Source: an uncultured Acidobacteriota bacterium (GTDB taxonomy: Bacteria > Acidobacteriota > Vicinamibacteria > Vicinamibacterales > 2-12-FULL-66-21). Taken from it: DNA of 64,000 nucleotides. Below the pieces are notes generated by a model. That model worked only from the letters and a program-made list of their open reading frames with translations. It was not told where the DNA came from and made no database searches. Location of the stretch: positions 321,179 through 385,178 of the forward strand of contig CAWIKL010000004.1 of assembly GCA_963836665.1 (NCBI GenBank), read 5' to 3'. Both the position numbers and the translations under genes were made by a program. Below, one piece after another: positions 43,240 through 54,315 of the stretch; position 1 is the stretch's first letter; every line of letters begins with the position of its first letter.

Positions 43240-44283
43240 GTGGCACGCCGGCAGCCGTGGTGGGGAATGGGTTGGCGCCTGTTGGCGCTGCTCATCATTG
43301 CCGTCACGGCGGTGGGCACGCTGGGCTACGTCGTCATCGAAGGCTGGTCCGCCTGGGACGCCTTCTACATGACGATCATCACGATTACGACGGTCGGCTA
43401 CGAGGAGGTTCACCCGCTCACGCGTGGCGGGCAGGCCTTCACGGTAGTGATCCTCCTGACGGGCGTGGGCACGTTCTTTTACGCGTTCACGCTGTTCATG
43501 ACGCAGCTCTCCGAGGGGGATTGGACGGAGCGGCGTCAACGCAAGCGGCTGACGCGCATGCTCGAAGATCTCAACGAACACTTCATCATCTGTGGCTTCG
43601 GCCGCATGGGCGAGATCATCGCCCGCGAGTTCGCGCGGCACAACGTGCCGTTTGTCGTCATTGATCGCAATGCCGAGCGGATGCATCTGGCGATGGAGCA
43701 AGGCTTCGTCGCCGTCGAGGCCGACGCCAGCAACGAAGACGTGCTGCGCCGCGTCCACATCGAGCGCGCCCGCGGCCTGGTCGCCGCGGTCAGCACCGAC
43801 GCCGAAAACGTCTATGCCGTCCTCAGCGCACGGCTGCTGAAGCCGGATCTGTTCATCGTCGGGCGCGCCGAGACTGATGACGCGCGGACGAAGCTGAAGC
43901 GGGCCGGCGCCGACCGCGTCATTTCGCCCTATCACCTTGGCGGCGTCCAGCTCGCCCAGACGGCATTGCGCCCGGCCGTTGTCGACTTCGTGCAGCTGGC
44001 CACCTCGTCCGAGAACCTGGATCTCAACCTCGAGCAGGTGCACATCGGCGCCGGTTCGTCGCTCGCCGGCACCAACCTGCTCGAATCGGGCGTGCGCCAG
44101 CGCTTCGGCGTCGTCGTGGTCGGCATCCGCCGCGCCGACGGCCGCATGGACTTCAACCCGGAGCCCGAGATGGTGATGCGCGCCGGCGACGACCTCGTCG
44201 TTCTCGGTCGTGCCAAGAGCCTCAGGGAGCTCGAGGTGGCTGGCGCCGCCAAGAATGGACAGCGTGAGCGCGCGACTCCTTGA
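43240..44283 (+). CDS. Two-TM K+ channel with RCK (TrkA-N/TrkA-C) domains
   Basis: Pore signature TITTVGYE. Rossmann-type FIICGFGRMGEIIAREF. TrkA-C-like C-terminus. Confidence 0.8.
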   Translation: MARRQPWWGMGWRLLALLIIAVTAVGTLGYVVIEGWSAWDAFYMTIITITTVGYEEVHPLTRGGQAFTVVILLTGVGTFFYAFTLFMTQLSEGDWTERRQRKRLTRMLEDLNEHFIICGFGRMGEIIAREFARHNVPFVVIDRNAERMHLAMEQGFVAVEADASNEDVLRRVHIERARGLVAAVSTDAENVYAVLSARLLKPDLFIVGRAETDDARTKLKRAGADRVISPYHLGGVQLAQTALRPAVVDFVQLATSSENLDLNLEQVHIGAGSSLAGTNLLESGVRQRFGVVVVGIRRADGRMDFNPEPEMVMRAGDDLVVLGRAKSLRELEVAGAAKNGQRERATP

Positions 44284-45190
44284 CGGCACCGCGATCGGGA
44301 CCGCAATCCGCACGGCGGCGATGCCGGAGGTGCAGGCCTTCACCGCCAGGGCCGGCCGTCCACCCGGCCTCGGCATCGTCCTCGTCGGCGACAGCCCGGC
44401 TTCGGAGGTCTACGTCCGCAACAAGGTGAAGGCGGGAAGCGAGGCCGGGTTGTGGGTCGATTTGCAGCGCCTGCCGGCGACGGCCTCGCTGGCTGACCTT
44501 CTCGCCCTGGTCGCACACCTGAACGCGAGCGCCGTTCACGACGGCATTCTCGTGCAGTCGCCGCTCCCCGATGCCATGGGAAAGAGCGCCGCGCAGCGGG
44601 TCTTCGACGCCATCGACCCCGATAAGGACGTCGACGGCTTCCACCCGGTCAACGTCGGCAAGCTTGTCCAAGGGCGCGCGTTGCTCAAACCGTGCACCCC
44701 GTCGGGCGTGATCGAGATCCTCGACCGTTCCGGCATCGCGATTGCCGGCCGTCACGCCGTGGTCATCGGCCGAAGTGAGATCGTCGGCAAGCCGATGGCG
44801 ATGCTGCTGCTGCAGCGCGATGCCACCGTCACCATCTGCCACTCGAAGACGCCGGATCTGGCGCAGGTCGCGGCGCGGGCGGACATTCTCGTGGCGGCGA
44901 TGGGCCGGCCCGCGTTCGTCACCCGCGATTTCGTCAAGCCGGGCGCAACGGTCATCGACGTCGGGACGACACCGGTGCCGGATCGCGCGGTCGTGGAGAA
45001 GATCTTCGGGGTGAACTCACCACGGCTTGCCGCCTTCGACAAGCGCGGCTCTGTCGTGGTTGGCGACGTGCACCCCAACGCGTCGGAGGTCGCCGGTGCG
45101 CTGACGCCGGTGCCGGGTGGCGTCGGACCGCTGACGATCGCCATGCTGCTGATGAACACCCTCGCTGCCGCCAGCGCTCGCGTGCAATAA
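44255..45190 (+). CDS. folD: Bifunctional methylenetetrahydrofolate dehydrogenase/cyclohydrolase
   Basis: ATG 44255 (MDSVSARLLDGTAIG). LGIVLVGDSPASEVYVRNK, GILVQSPLP, VIGRSEIVGKPMAMLL and PVPGGVGPLTIAML match FolD. The start overlaps the channel gene by 29 nt. Confidence 0.9.
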   Translation: MDSVSARLLDGTAIGTAIRTAAMPEVQAFTARAGRPPGLGIVLVGDSPASEVYVRNKVKAGSEAGLWVDLQRLPATASLADLLALVAHLNASAVHDGILVQSPLPDAMGKSAAQRVFDAIDPDKDVDGFHPVNVGKLVQGRALLKPCTPSGVIEILDRSGIAIAGRHAVVIGRSEIVGKPMAMLLLQRDATVTICHSKTPDLAQVAARADILVAAMGRPAFVTRDFVKPGATVIDVGTTPVPDRAVVEKIFGVNSPRLAAFDKRGSVVVGDVHPNASEVAGALTPVPGGVGPLTIAMLLMNTLAAASARVQ

Positions 45191-45193
45191 CCC

Positions 45194-45791
45194 ATGGTCC
45201 GCGTCGCGCTGACGGGCGGGATTGCGACGGGGAAGTCGGTACTGCTTGCAGCGTTTCGCGTCACTCAGAGCGGCGACCATTGACGCCGACGTGCTGTCGC
45301 GAGAGGCGGTCGCGCCGGGGTCGCCAGGGCTGCACGCCGTCGCCGATCGGTTCGGGCCCGGCGTTCTTGCACCCGACGGATCGCTCGATCGCGCCGCGCT
45401 CGGGCGCGTCGTGTTCGCCGACCAGAAGGCACGCGCCGCGCTCGAGGCGATCATCCACCCCGAGGTCTACCGCCGCATCCGCGACTGGTACACAAACCTG
45501 CCCTCTACCCACGTCGTCGCCATCGCGGACATCCCGCTGCTGTTCGAGACCGGGCACAACCACGACTTCGACCAGGTGATCGTCGCCGCCTGCAGCCCCG
45601 ACGAGCAGCGACGCCGCGTGATGGCGCGCGACGGGCTGGGCGAGGCCGACGCCCGCGCCCGTCTCGCCGCGCAGTGGCCGATCGGTGAGAAGGTCAACCG
45701 GGCGTCGCGGGTCATCTGGACGGACCGCGGCTTCGCGGAGACCAACCGGCAGGTTGCCGACGTCTACACGGCACTGGCCGTCGCGCCATGA
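45194..45791 (+). pseudogene. coaE: Dephospho-CoA kinase, reading frame broken at 45239-45242
   Basis: ATG 45194 gives MVRVALTGGIATGKS (Walker A), then nonsense ending at TGA 45281-45283. The +1 frame (track ORF 45222-45791) carries CLQRFASLRAATIDADVLSREAV...IHPEVYRRI...DIPLLFETG. Confidence 0.8.
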
Positions 45792-45822
45792 CCGGTGATG
45801 CGCCTAGTGAGATAGGCTCTAC

Positions 45823-46332
45823 GTGATGGGCGGACTGAAACTCCTGCTGTTCGACGTCGACGGTGTCCTGACCGACGGCACCATCCTGGTGCACGGCGAC
45901 GGCAGCGAGTCGAAGCAGTTCAACATCAAGGATGGCGCCGCCATGGTGTGGGCGCAGCGCGTTGGGCTGCGCATCGGTCTGCTCTCGGCGCGCTCGGCGG
46001 ATGCCACCGCGATCCGCGCGGCGCAGCTCGGCCTGACCCTGGTCGTCCAAGGCGCCGCCAACAAGCTCGCCGGTTACCAGCAGATTCTCAGCGACCATGC
46101 CCTGACCGACGCCGAGGTCGGCTACATGGGCGACGATCTCCAGGATCTGCCGGTGTTGCGCCGCGCCGGCTTCTCGGCGGCTCCCGCCGATGCCGCGCCC
46201 GAGGTGCGCGGCGCTGTTCAGTGGATCAGCAGTGCCGGCGGCGGCCGCGGCGCCGTGCGCGAGTGCATCGAGCACGTGCTGCGCGCGCAGGGCATCTGGG
46301 CCACGGCTGTCGGCGAATTCCTGGGCTCGTGA
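45823..46332 (+). CDS. kdsC: KDO 8-phosphate phosphatase (HAD family)
   Basis: LLLFDVDGVLTDG, FNIKDG, and GDDLQDLPVLRRAGFSAAPADA. Start at GTG 45823 or ATG 45826. Confidence 0.85.
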   Translation: MMGGLKLLLFDVDGVLTDGTILVHGDGSESKQFNIKDGAAMVWAQRVGLRIGLLSARSADATAIRAAQLGLTLVVQGAANKLAGYQQILSDHALTDAEVGYMGDDLQDLPVLRRAGFSAAPADAAPEVRGAVQWISSAGGGRGAVRECIEHVLRAQGIWATAVGEFLGS

Positions 46333-47561
46333 TGACGGCCGCGCCGGTCCTGCTCCTCATTGGGCTCGTCATGCTGCTCGTCGGCCTCGCCGTCGGCAAG
46401 GCGTGGGAGCGTTACAAACTGCAGGACGGCGTCTGGGTCGATCGCCGCCGCGCCCGCGAGTCGCCGCACTACATGCTCGGGCTCAATTTCCTCGTCGCCA
46501 GCCAGGTCGACCAGGCGATCGAAGAGCTGACCAAGGCGGCGAAAGCGGCGGGCGATCCGCTGGAGATCCACCTGATCCTCGGCAACCTGTATCGCGAGAA
46601 GGGACAGGTCGGCCGCGCGATTCAGGAACACCAGAACCTGCTGCAGCGGCCCAAGCTGCGCAAGCTCGAACACGCCAATGTCCTGCTCTGCCTCGCCCTC
46701 GACTATCGCAGCGGCGGCTTCGTCGATCGCGCCATCGAAGCGTTCAACGAAGTGCTCAAGCTCGATCCCGAGAACCGCTACGCGCTCTCGAACCTGGAGA
46801 AGCTCTACGAGGACCAGCACCAGTGGGAACAGGCCTACTCGTCGCGGCAGAAGCTGGCGGCGCTGGCGAGCGCGGCCGACGGCGGCCCCGAATCGCCCAA
46901 GCACAACGAGGTGCTCGCATTCCTGGAAAACGAGTTCGGCCAGGCGGCACTGCGCGGTGGCGACCTGCGCGAGGCGGCGCGCCGTTTCGAGGCGGCGATC
47001 GAGCGTGATGCGCGCAACGTGCCGGCGCACCTGAACCTCGGCGACGTCCGCTTCCGCGAAGAGCGGAGCAACGACGCCATCACCGTCTGGGAGCGGTTGC
47101 TCGACGCCGCACCCGAGCGCGCCTACCTCGCGTTCGCGCGGCTGGAACACGCCTATGGCGCGCTCGGTGCCCCGGCGCGATTCGTGGCTCTTTGCGACAA
47201 ACTGATCGACGCCAATCCACAGAACTGGCGCGCCCGTCTTGCCCTCGCCCGCCACGTCGGCGTCCAGGGACGCCATCAGGAAGCGCTGTCACTCCTTTTC
47301 GACGCGCTCGTCGTCAATCCGCATTCTCTGGCGCTGCACCAGGCGATCTGGGAAACGCTCTCGGCGCTAGACCTCCCGCCCGCACTCGTCACGCGCTACG
47401 TAGCGCTGACCCGCGAGGCCGTTTTCTACCTCGACCCGCACCTCTGCCTGCGTTGCCGCTACCGCTCGACGGAGCTGCTCTGGCAGTGCCCGCACTGCCA
47501 CGAGTGGAACACGTTCGTCGAGGAGCGCATTGCGCCCGCCAAGGAAGACGCCGACGTCTGA
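46332..47561 (+). CDS. lapB: Lipopolysaccharide assembly protein B (TPR plus rubredoxin-type zinc finger)
   Basis: N-terminal TM helix, TPR repeats (LILGNLYREKGQVGRAIQEHQNLL), and C-terminal CLRCRYRSTELLWQCPHCHEWNTF. Confidence 0.8.
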   Translation: MTAAPVLLLIGLVMLLVGLAVGKAWERYKLQDGVWVDRRRARESPHYMLGLNFLVASQVDQAIEELTKAAKAAGDPLEIHLILGNLYREKGQVGRAIQEHQNLLQRPKLRKLEHANVLLCLALDYRSGGFVDRAIEAFNEVLKLDPENRYALSNLEKLYEDQHQWEQAYSSRQKLAALASAADGGPESPKHNEVLAFLENEFGQAALRGGDLREAARRFEAAIERDARNVPAHLNLGDVRFREERSNDAITVWERLLDAAPERAYLAFARLEHAYGALGAPARFVALCDKLIDANPQNWRARLALARHVGVQGRHQEALSLLFDALVVNPHSLALHQAIWETLSALDLPPALVTRYVALTREAVFYLDPHLCLRCRYRSTELLWQCPHCHEWNTFVEERIAPAKEDADV

Positions 47562-47585
47562 TTTCGCGGCCGCCTTCGGCTCACA

Positions 47586-48578
47586 CTAAATCATCTGCGT
47601 GCGCCACAGATCGTGGAGGTGCACCACCCCCTCGACCTTCCCGGCGTCGTCGACGACGACGACCGAGGTGATCTTGTGCGTCTCCATGATCCGCAGGGCT
47701 TCGACGGCCAGCATGTCGCGGCTGATGGTCAGCGGGTGCGACGAGGTCATCACCTCGCCGGCGGCGAGCGCGAACACGGCGTTGGGCGGGCGCGTCATCA
47801 TCAGCCGCCGCAGGTCGCCGTCGGTGAACACGCCGGCGAGCCGGCCGTCTGCGTCGACGATGCAGGTCATGCCGAGGCGCTTGCTCGACATCTCGTGGAT
47901 GACGTCGGGCATGATCGTCGCCCGCGCGACCTTCGGCGCCGCCTCGCCGCCGTGCATCACGCTCTCGACCGTCACCAGTTTGCGTCCGAGCTTGCCGCCC
48001 GGGTGGAAGGCGGCGAACTGTTCGGCGCGGAAGCCCTTGCGCACGAGCAGCGTCATCGCCAGCGCGTCGCCGAGCGCCAGCGACGCGGTCGTGCTCGCCG
48101 TCGGCACCAGGTTCATCGGGCACGCCTCTTCCGCGATGCTGCAGTCGAGCGCGACATCGGCGGCACGGCCAAGCGTCGAGGCCGGCGCGCCCGTGATCGC
48201 AATCAGCCTGGCGCCGATCCGGCGGATCGACTCGAGCAGCCGCAGCAACTCCTCGGTCTCGCCGCTATGCGACAGCGCGACCACGACGTCGTCGTCGCGG
48301 ATGGCGCCGAGATCGCCGTGGATGGCTTCGGCCGGATGCAGGAAGAATGCGGGCGTGCCGGTACTCGAGAAGGTCGCGGCGATCTTGCGGCTGACGATGC
48401 CTGACTTGCCCATGCCGGTCACGATGACGCGGCCGCGGCATTCGAACAGGATGTCGAGTGCGCGCTCGAAGTCGCCGTTCAAACGGTCGACCAGGCCGAG
48501 AATCGCCGCCGCCTCGATGCGCAGGACCCTCTTGGCGAGTTCCAGTGCGGTCTCCACCGGGGCCTTGACGGTACTCAC
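47586..48578 (-). CDS. kdsD: Arabinose-5-phosphate isomerase (KpsF/GutQ/KdsD family)
   Basis: GTG 48578 overlaps the kdsA stop (GTGA). SIS domain (GRVIVTGMGKSG, VVALSHSGETEE) plus tandem CBS domains. Confidence 0.9.
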   Translation of the reverse strand: MSTVKAPVETALELAKRVLRIEAAAILGLVDRLNGDFERALDILFECRGRVIVTGMGKSGIVSRKIAATFSSTGTPAFFLHPAEAIHGDLGAIRDDDVVVALSHSGETEELLRLLESIRRIGARLIAITGAPASTLGRAADVALDCSIAEEACPMNLVPTASTTASLALGDALAMTLLVRKGFRAEQFAAFHPGGKLGRKLVTVESVMHGGEAAPKVARATIMPDVIHEMSSKRLGMTCIVDADGRLAGVFTDGDLRRLMMTRPPNAVFALAAGEVMTSSHPLTISRDMLAVEALRIMETHKITSVVVVDDAGKVEGVVHLHDLWRTQMI

Positions 48579-49414
48579 TTCGTCACCGCGGAGGGATGGC
48601 GCACCTGGTGGATCTGGACCAGCTGGCCGAGCAGCGCCGGCAGCAGGTCCAGCTTCAGCGCGTTCTGCGCATCGCTCTTCGCCTTGGCCGGATCCTGGTG
48701 CACTTCCATGAACACGCCATCGACGCCGGCGGCGACCCCGGCGCAGGCCATCGGCTCGATGAACTCCGCCTGTCCCGCGGTGACGCCGTCGCCGCCGCCG
48801 GGCAGTTGCAGGCTGTGCGTGACGTCGTAGACGACAGGGTAGCCAAGGCCGCGCATGATTGGAAAGGCGCGCATGTCGACGACGAGGTTGTTGTAGCCGA
48901 AGCTGAAGCCGCGTTCGGTCAGGATCACATTCTGGTTGCCGGTCGAGGTCACCTTCTGGATCGCGTGCCGCATGTCGAGCGGCGCCAGGAACTGTCCCTT
49001 CTTGATGTTGACGGTGCGGCCGGTGCGTGCCGCCGCCTCTATCAGGTCGGTCTGGCGCGAGAGGAATGCCGGGATCTGCAGCACGTCGGCCACTTCCGCC
49101 GCGGCCGCGGCATGCGCCGGCTCGTGAATATCGGTGAGGATCGGCACGTGCGCGGCGTCCTTGACGCGGGCGAGCGCCCGCAGGCCCTCGCGCAGGCCAG
49201 GACCGCGGAACGACGTCGCCGACGTGCGGTTCGCCTTGTCGTACGACGCCTTGAAGATGAACGGAACGCCGGCGCGGCGCGTGATTTCGACGAGCGCCAG
49301 CGCCGTTTCGATGGCGTGTGCCTCGCTTTCGACGACACACGGGCCGGCAATGAGCACCAGCGCGCCGCCGCCGATGCGCACGCCACCAGCGTCGACGCTG
49401 CGGGTGGGAGCCAC
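48575..49414 (-). CDS. kdsA: 2-dehydro-3-deoxyphosphooctonate aldolase (KDO8P synthase)
   Basis: LIAGPCVVES, FKASYDKANRTS, QIPAFLSRQTDL and DVTHSLQLPGG match KdsA. Confidence 0.9.
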   Translation of the reverse strand: MAPTRSVDAGGVRIGGGALVLIAGPCVVESEAHAIETALALVEITRRAGVPFIFKASYDKANRTSATSFRGPGLREGLRALARVKDAAHVPILTDIHEPAHAAAAAEVADVLQIPAFLSRQTDLIEAAARTGRTVNIKKGQFLAPLDMRHAIQKVTSTGNQNVILTERGFSFGYNNLVVDMRAFPIMRGLGYPVVYDVTHSLQLPGGGDGVTAGQAEFIEPMACAGVAAGVDGVFMEVHQDPAKAKSDAQNALKLDLLPALLGQLVQIHQVRHPSAVTK

Positions 49415-49418
49415 CGGC

Positions 49419-51844
<2,426 letters not shown>

Positions 51845-51935
51845 AAGCAGTTCACGCCCAAGTCGTTGTGTTATGATGAGATAGGTCGGAACAGCCCATG
51901 GCGAATGAAGCGGAGCGAGCTGCGAGCGCCAGACG

Positions 51936-52466
51936 ATGACGCCACGCGTTGCCGCAGTCTACGGAGTCGGCGGCATGCTGCTCATCGCGTGTCTCGCGGC
52001 CGCAAACATGCCGCAGGACACCGCCGAGACGCCGTCGCCCTTGGTGCGCGCGCCGCGCGCCGCCACTCCCGATGTGCTCGCCGCCGAGGTGAGCGTCCAG
52101 GCCGCCCGCCTGCACGACGCGATGTCCCAGGCGCCAGCGCCCGGCCTTAGTCCCCGCAATCCCTTCGCGTTCAACGCCTCCGCGTCGCACGCCCAGCCGG
52201 CCACCGCGCACGCGGCCGTAGCCGACGAGCCCGCGCCGGTCTTCGCCACGCCTTTGCCGCCGCTGCTCCTGATGGGCGTCGCCGAAGAAACAACACTCAA
52301 GGGCCCGCGCCGCACCGCCATCATCGGCGGCGAAGCGGACACGATCTATATGGTGGCGGAGGGGGAGGCCGTCGGCGAGCGTTACCGCGTCACAAAAATC
52401 GGCGCCGACGCCGTCGAACTCGAGGACGTCATCACGAAAGCCTACCGGCGCCTGGCCTTACGCTGA
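51936..52466 (+). CDS. Hypothetical membrane-anchored protein with PilP/GspC-like C-terminal pattern
   Basis: N-terminal hydrophobic segment (VYGVGGMLLIACLAAA), Pro/Ala-rich linker, RNPF motif, then LLLMGVAEETTLKGPRRTAIIGGEADTIYMVAEGEAVGERYRVTKIGADAVELED. This parallels the pilP product in this window. Confidence 0.5.
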   Translation: MTPRVAAVYGVGGMLLIACLAAANMPQDTAETPSPLVRAPRAATPDVLAAEVSVQAARLHDAMSQAPAPGLSPRNPFAFNASASHAQPATAHAAVADEPAPVFATPLPPLLLMGVAEETTLKGPRRTAIIGGEADTIYMVAEGEAVGERYRVTKIGADAVELEDVITKAYRRLALR

Positions 52467-52481
52467 ACCCATCCGGTTCGC

Positions 52482-52579
52482 CCAATCGACATTCGCCATT
52501 CCAATCGGCAATCGCCCATTCGCCATTCGCCCAATCTGCAATCTGCAGTCTGCAATCCGCAATCTCCGCTTGCCGATTA
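52482..52579. repeat. Tandem array of about 14 heptamers (CCAATCG ... CATTCGC x2 ... GCAATCT-type x5)
   Basis: Units stay in register from 52482 and run into the serA stop codon (52577-52579). GCAATCT is the reverse complement of the AGATTGC/GATTGCA unit of the 25837-25980 array. Confidence 0.9.
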
Positions 52580-54148
52580 CACCCGTGCAATCGTCGCCTC
52601 CCGAATGGCCTTCAGCTTGCGGACTTCGTTGACCGCCGACTCCAGCCCGACCCCTTCGTCCACTGTGATCACGCCGACCGCCGTGTGATTCTCGCGGCCG
52701 AGCGCGAAGCTGGCGATGTTGACCCCGTGGCGGCCGAAGGCGGTTCCGATGTCGCCGATCACGCCGGGGCGATCGTCGTTCTTGGTCACCACCAGTGTGC
52801 CTGCGAGCGTCGCTTCCACCGGCACGCCGTCGAGGCTGCACAGCCGCGCGTGCGCGGGTTCGACGACGACCCCTTCGGCCCACCGTTCTTGCGTCTCCCC
52901 GCGCAGCTTCACGGAAATGACGTGCGTGAAATCGCGCGACCGCGAGCTGCGTGATTCGACCAGCTCGATGCCCCGTTCGACCGCGACGGCGCGGCTGTTC
53001 ACCGCCGTGACGCTATCGGCCGATCGCCCCAAGATGCCGGTCAGAACGGCGCTGCCGATCACGTTCTCGTAGGCGGTGACGAGCGGGCCATAGTAGCGGA
53101 TGCCGACCGAGGTCGGCCGCTCCGTGAGCAGTTGGGCCACGAGCGAGCCGAGCTTCTGCGCCAGCTGCAAGTACGGACGCAGCGTCGGGACGTCGTCCTG
53201 CGGAACCGACGGGAAGTTGACGGCGTTGCGGATGATGCCTTCCTGCAGGTAATCCCGGACCTGGATCGCGGTCTCGGTACCGACCGCTTCCTGCGCTTCG
53301 TAGGTGGAGGCCGCGATGTGCGGCGTGGCCACGACCTGTGGCAGCGATTGCAGCCGCTTGTCGGGCGGGGGCTCCTGTTCGAAGACGTCGAGCGCGGCGC
53401 CGGCGACCTGCCCGGCTTCGATCGCGTCGGCCAGCGCCTGCTCGTCGATCAACTCGCCGCGAGCCGTGTTGACGATGCGGACGCCCTTTTTCATTCGGGC
53501 GATGCGTTCGGCGTTGATCAAGTGCCGGGTTTCCGGCAGCGCCGGCACGTGTAGCGAAATCCAGTCGGACTGTGCGATCAGCTCGTCCAGATCGACTAAT
53601 GATGCGCCCGCCGCGTCGGCAGCGCGCGCGGTGAAGAACGGATCGTAGGCCAGGATGTCCATCCCGAAGGCCCTGGCGCGCGCCGCCACCTCGCGGCCGA
53701 TGCGGCCGAAACCAATCACGCCGAGCTTCTGCCCGCGCAATTCCGTGCCCATGAAGCGCTTCTTGTCCCAGATGCCGGCCTTCATCGAGGCGTCGGCGGC
53801 GGCGAGCTGACGCGCGACCGCCAGCATCAGACCGACGGCGAGCTCGGCGACGCTGATGCTGTTGGCGCCGGCGGCGTTCATGACCAGGATGCCGCGCGCG
53901 GTCGCGGCCGGCACGTCCACGTTGTCGACGCCGGTGCCGGCACGGGCGATGACCCTCAGGTTCGGAGCCGATTGGATCAACGCCGCGGTGACCTGCGTGG
54001 CACTGCGGACGATCAGCGCGTCCGCGTTGGCAAGATCGCGGGCGAGCTCGTCTGGTTTACGGCCCGAACGGGCGTCGACGGTGTATCCGGCGGCGCGCAG
54101 CGCGTCGGCGGCGGATGCGGGTAGAGAATCTGCGATGACGATGTGCAC
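52577..54148 (-). CDS. serA: D-3-phosphoglycerate dehydrogenase with C-terminal ACT domain
   Basis: GTG start at 54148. GVIGFGRIGREVA, the catalytic region ATPHIAAST, and a C-terminal ACT-like region (LVVTKNDDRPGVIGDIGTAFGRHGVNIASF). Confidence 0.9.
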   Translation of the reverse strand: MHIVIADSLPASAADALRAAGYTVDARSGRKPDELARDLANADALIVRSATQVTAALIQSAPNLRVIARAGTGVDNVDVPAATARGILVMNAAGANSISVAELAVGLMLAVARQLAAADASMKAGIWDKKRFMGTELRGQKLGVIGFGRIGREVAARARAFGMDILAYDPFFTARAADAAGASLVDLDELIAQSDWISLHVPALPETRHLINAERIARMKKGVRIVNTARGELIDEQALADAIEAGQVAGAALDVFEQEPPPDKRLQSLPQVVATPHIAASTYEAQEAVGTETAIQVRDYLQEGIIRNAVNFPSVPQDDVPTLRPYLQLAQKLGSLVAQLLTERPTSVGIRYYGPLVTAYENVIGSAVLTGILGRSADSVTAVNSRAVAVERGIELVESRSSRSRDFTHVISVKLRGETQERWAEGVVVEPAHARLCSLDGVPVEATLAGTLVVTKNDDRPGVIGDIGTAFGRHGVNIASFALGRENHTAVGVITVDEGVGLESAVNEVRKLKAIREATIARV

Positions 54149-54315
54149 GCCAGATTATAATGTCGCGTTTGAGTTGGCGGCACGCACCAGCATGGTGCAA
54201 ACCGCTGAAAGCCTCGATTTGATGCGGTGAGAGCGGCGGGCCGGCCGGGGTTTTCCACAAGCTTTTCCACAGTTTCTGTGAACAACCGGTAACGCCGAAA
54301 CGGGGACGTGACCTA

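Noticed and set aside
41764-44376. An 870-aa ORF on the minus strand, the longest in the track
   Set aside because: It runs antisense to three well-supported plus-strand genes (APC permease, K+ channel, start of folD). Its product is Arg/Asp/His/Gly-rich with no motifs. This is the usual stop-poor antisense frame of GC-rich DNA.
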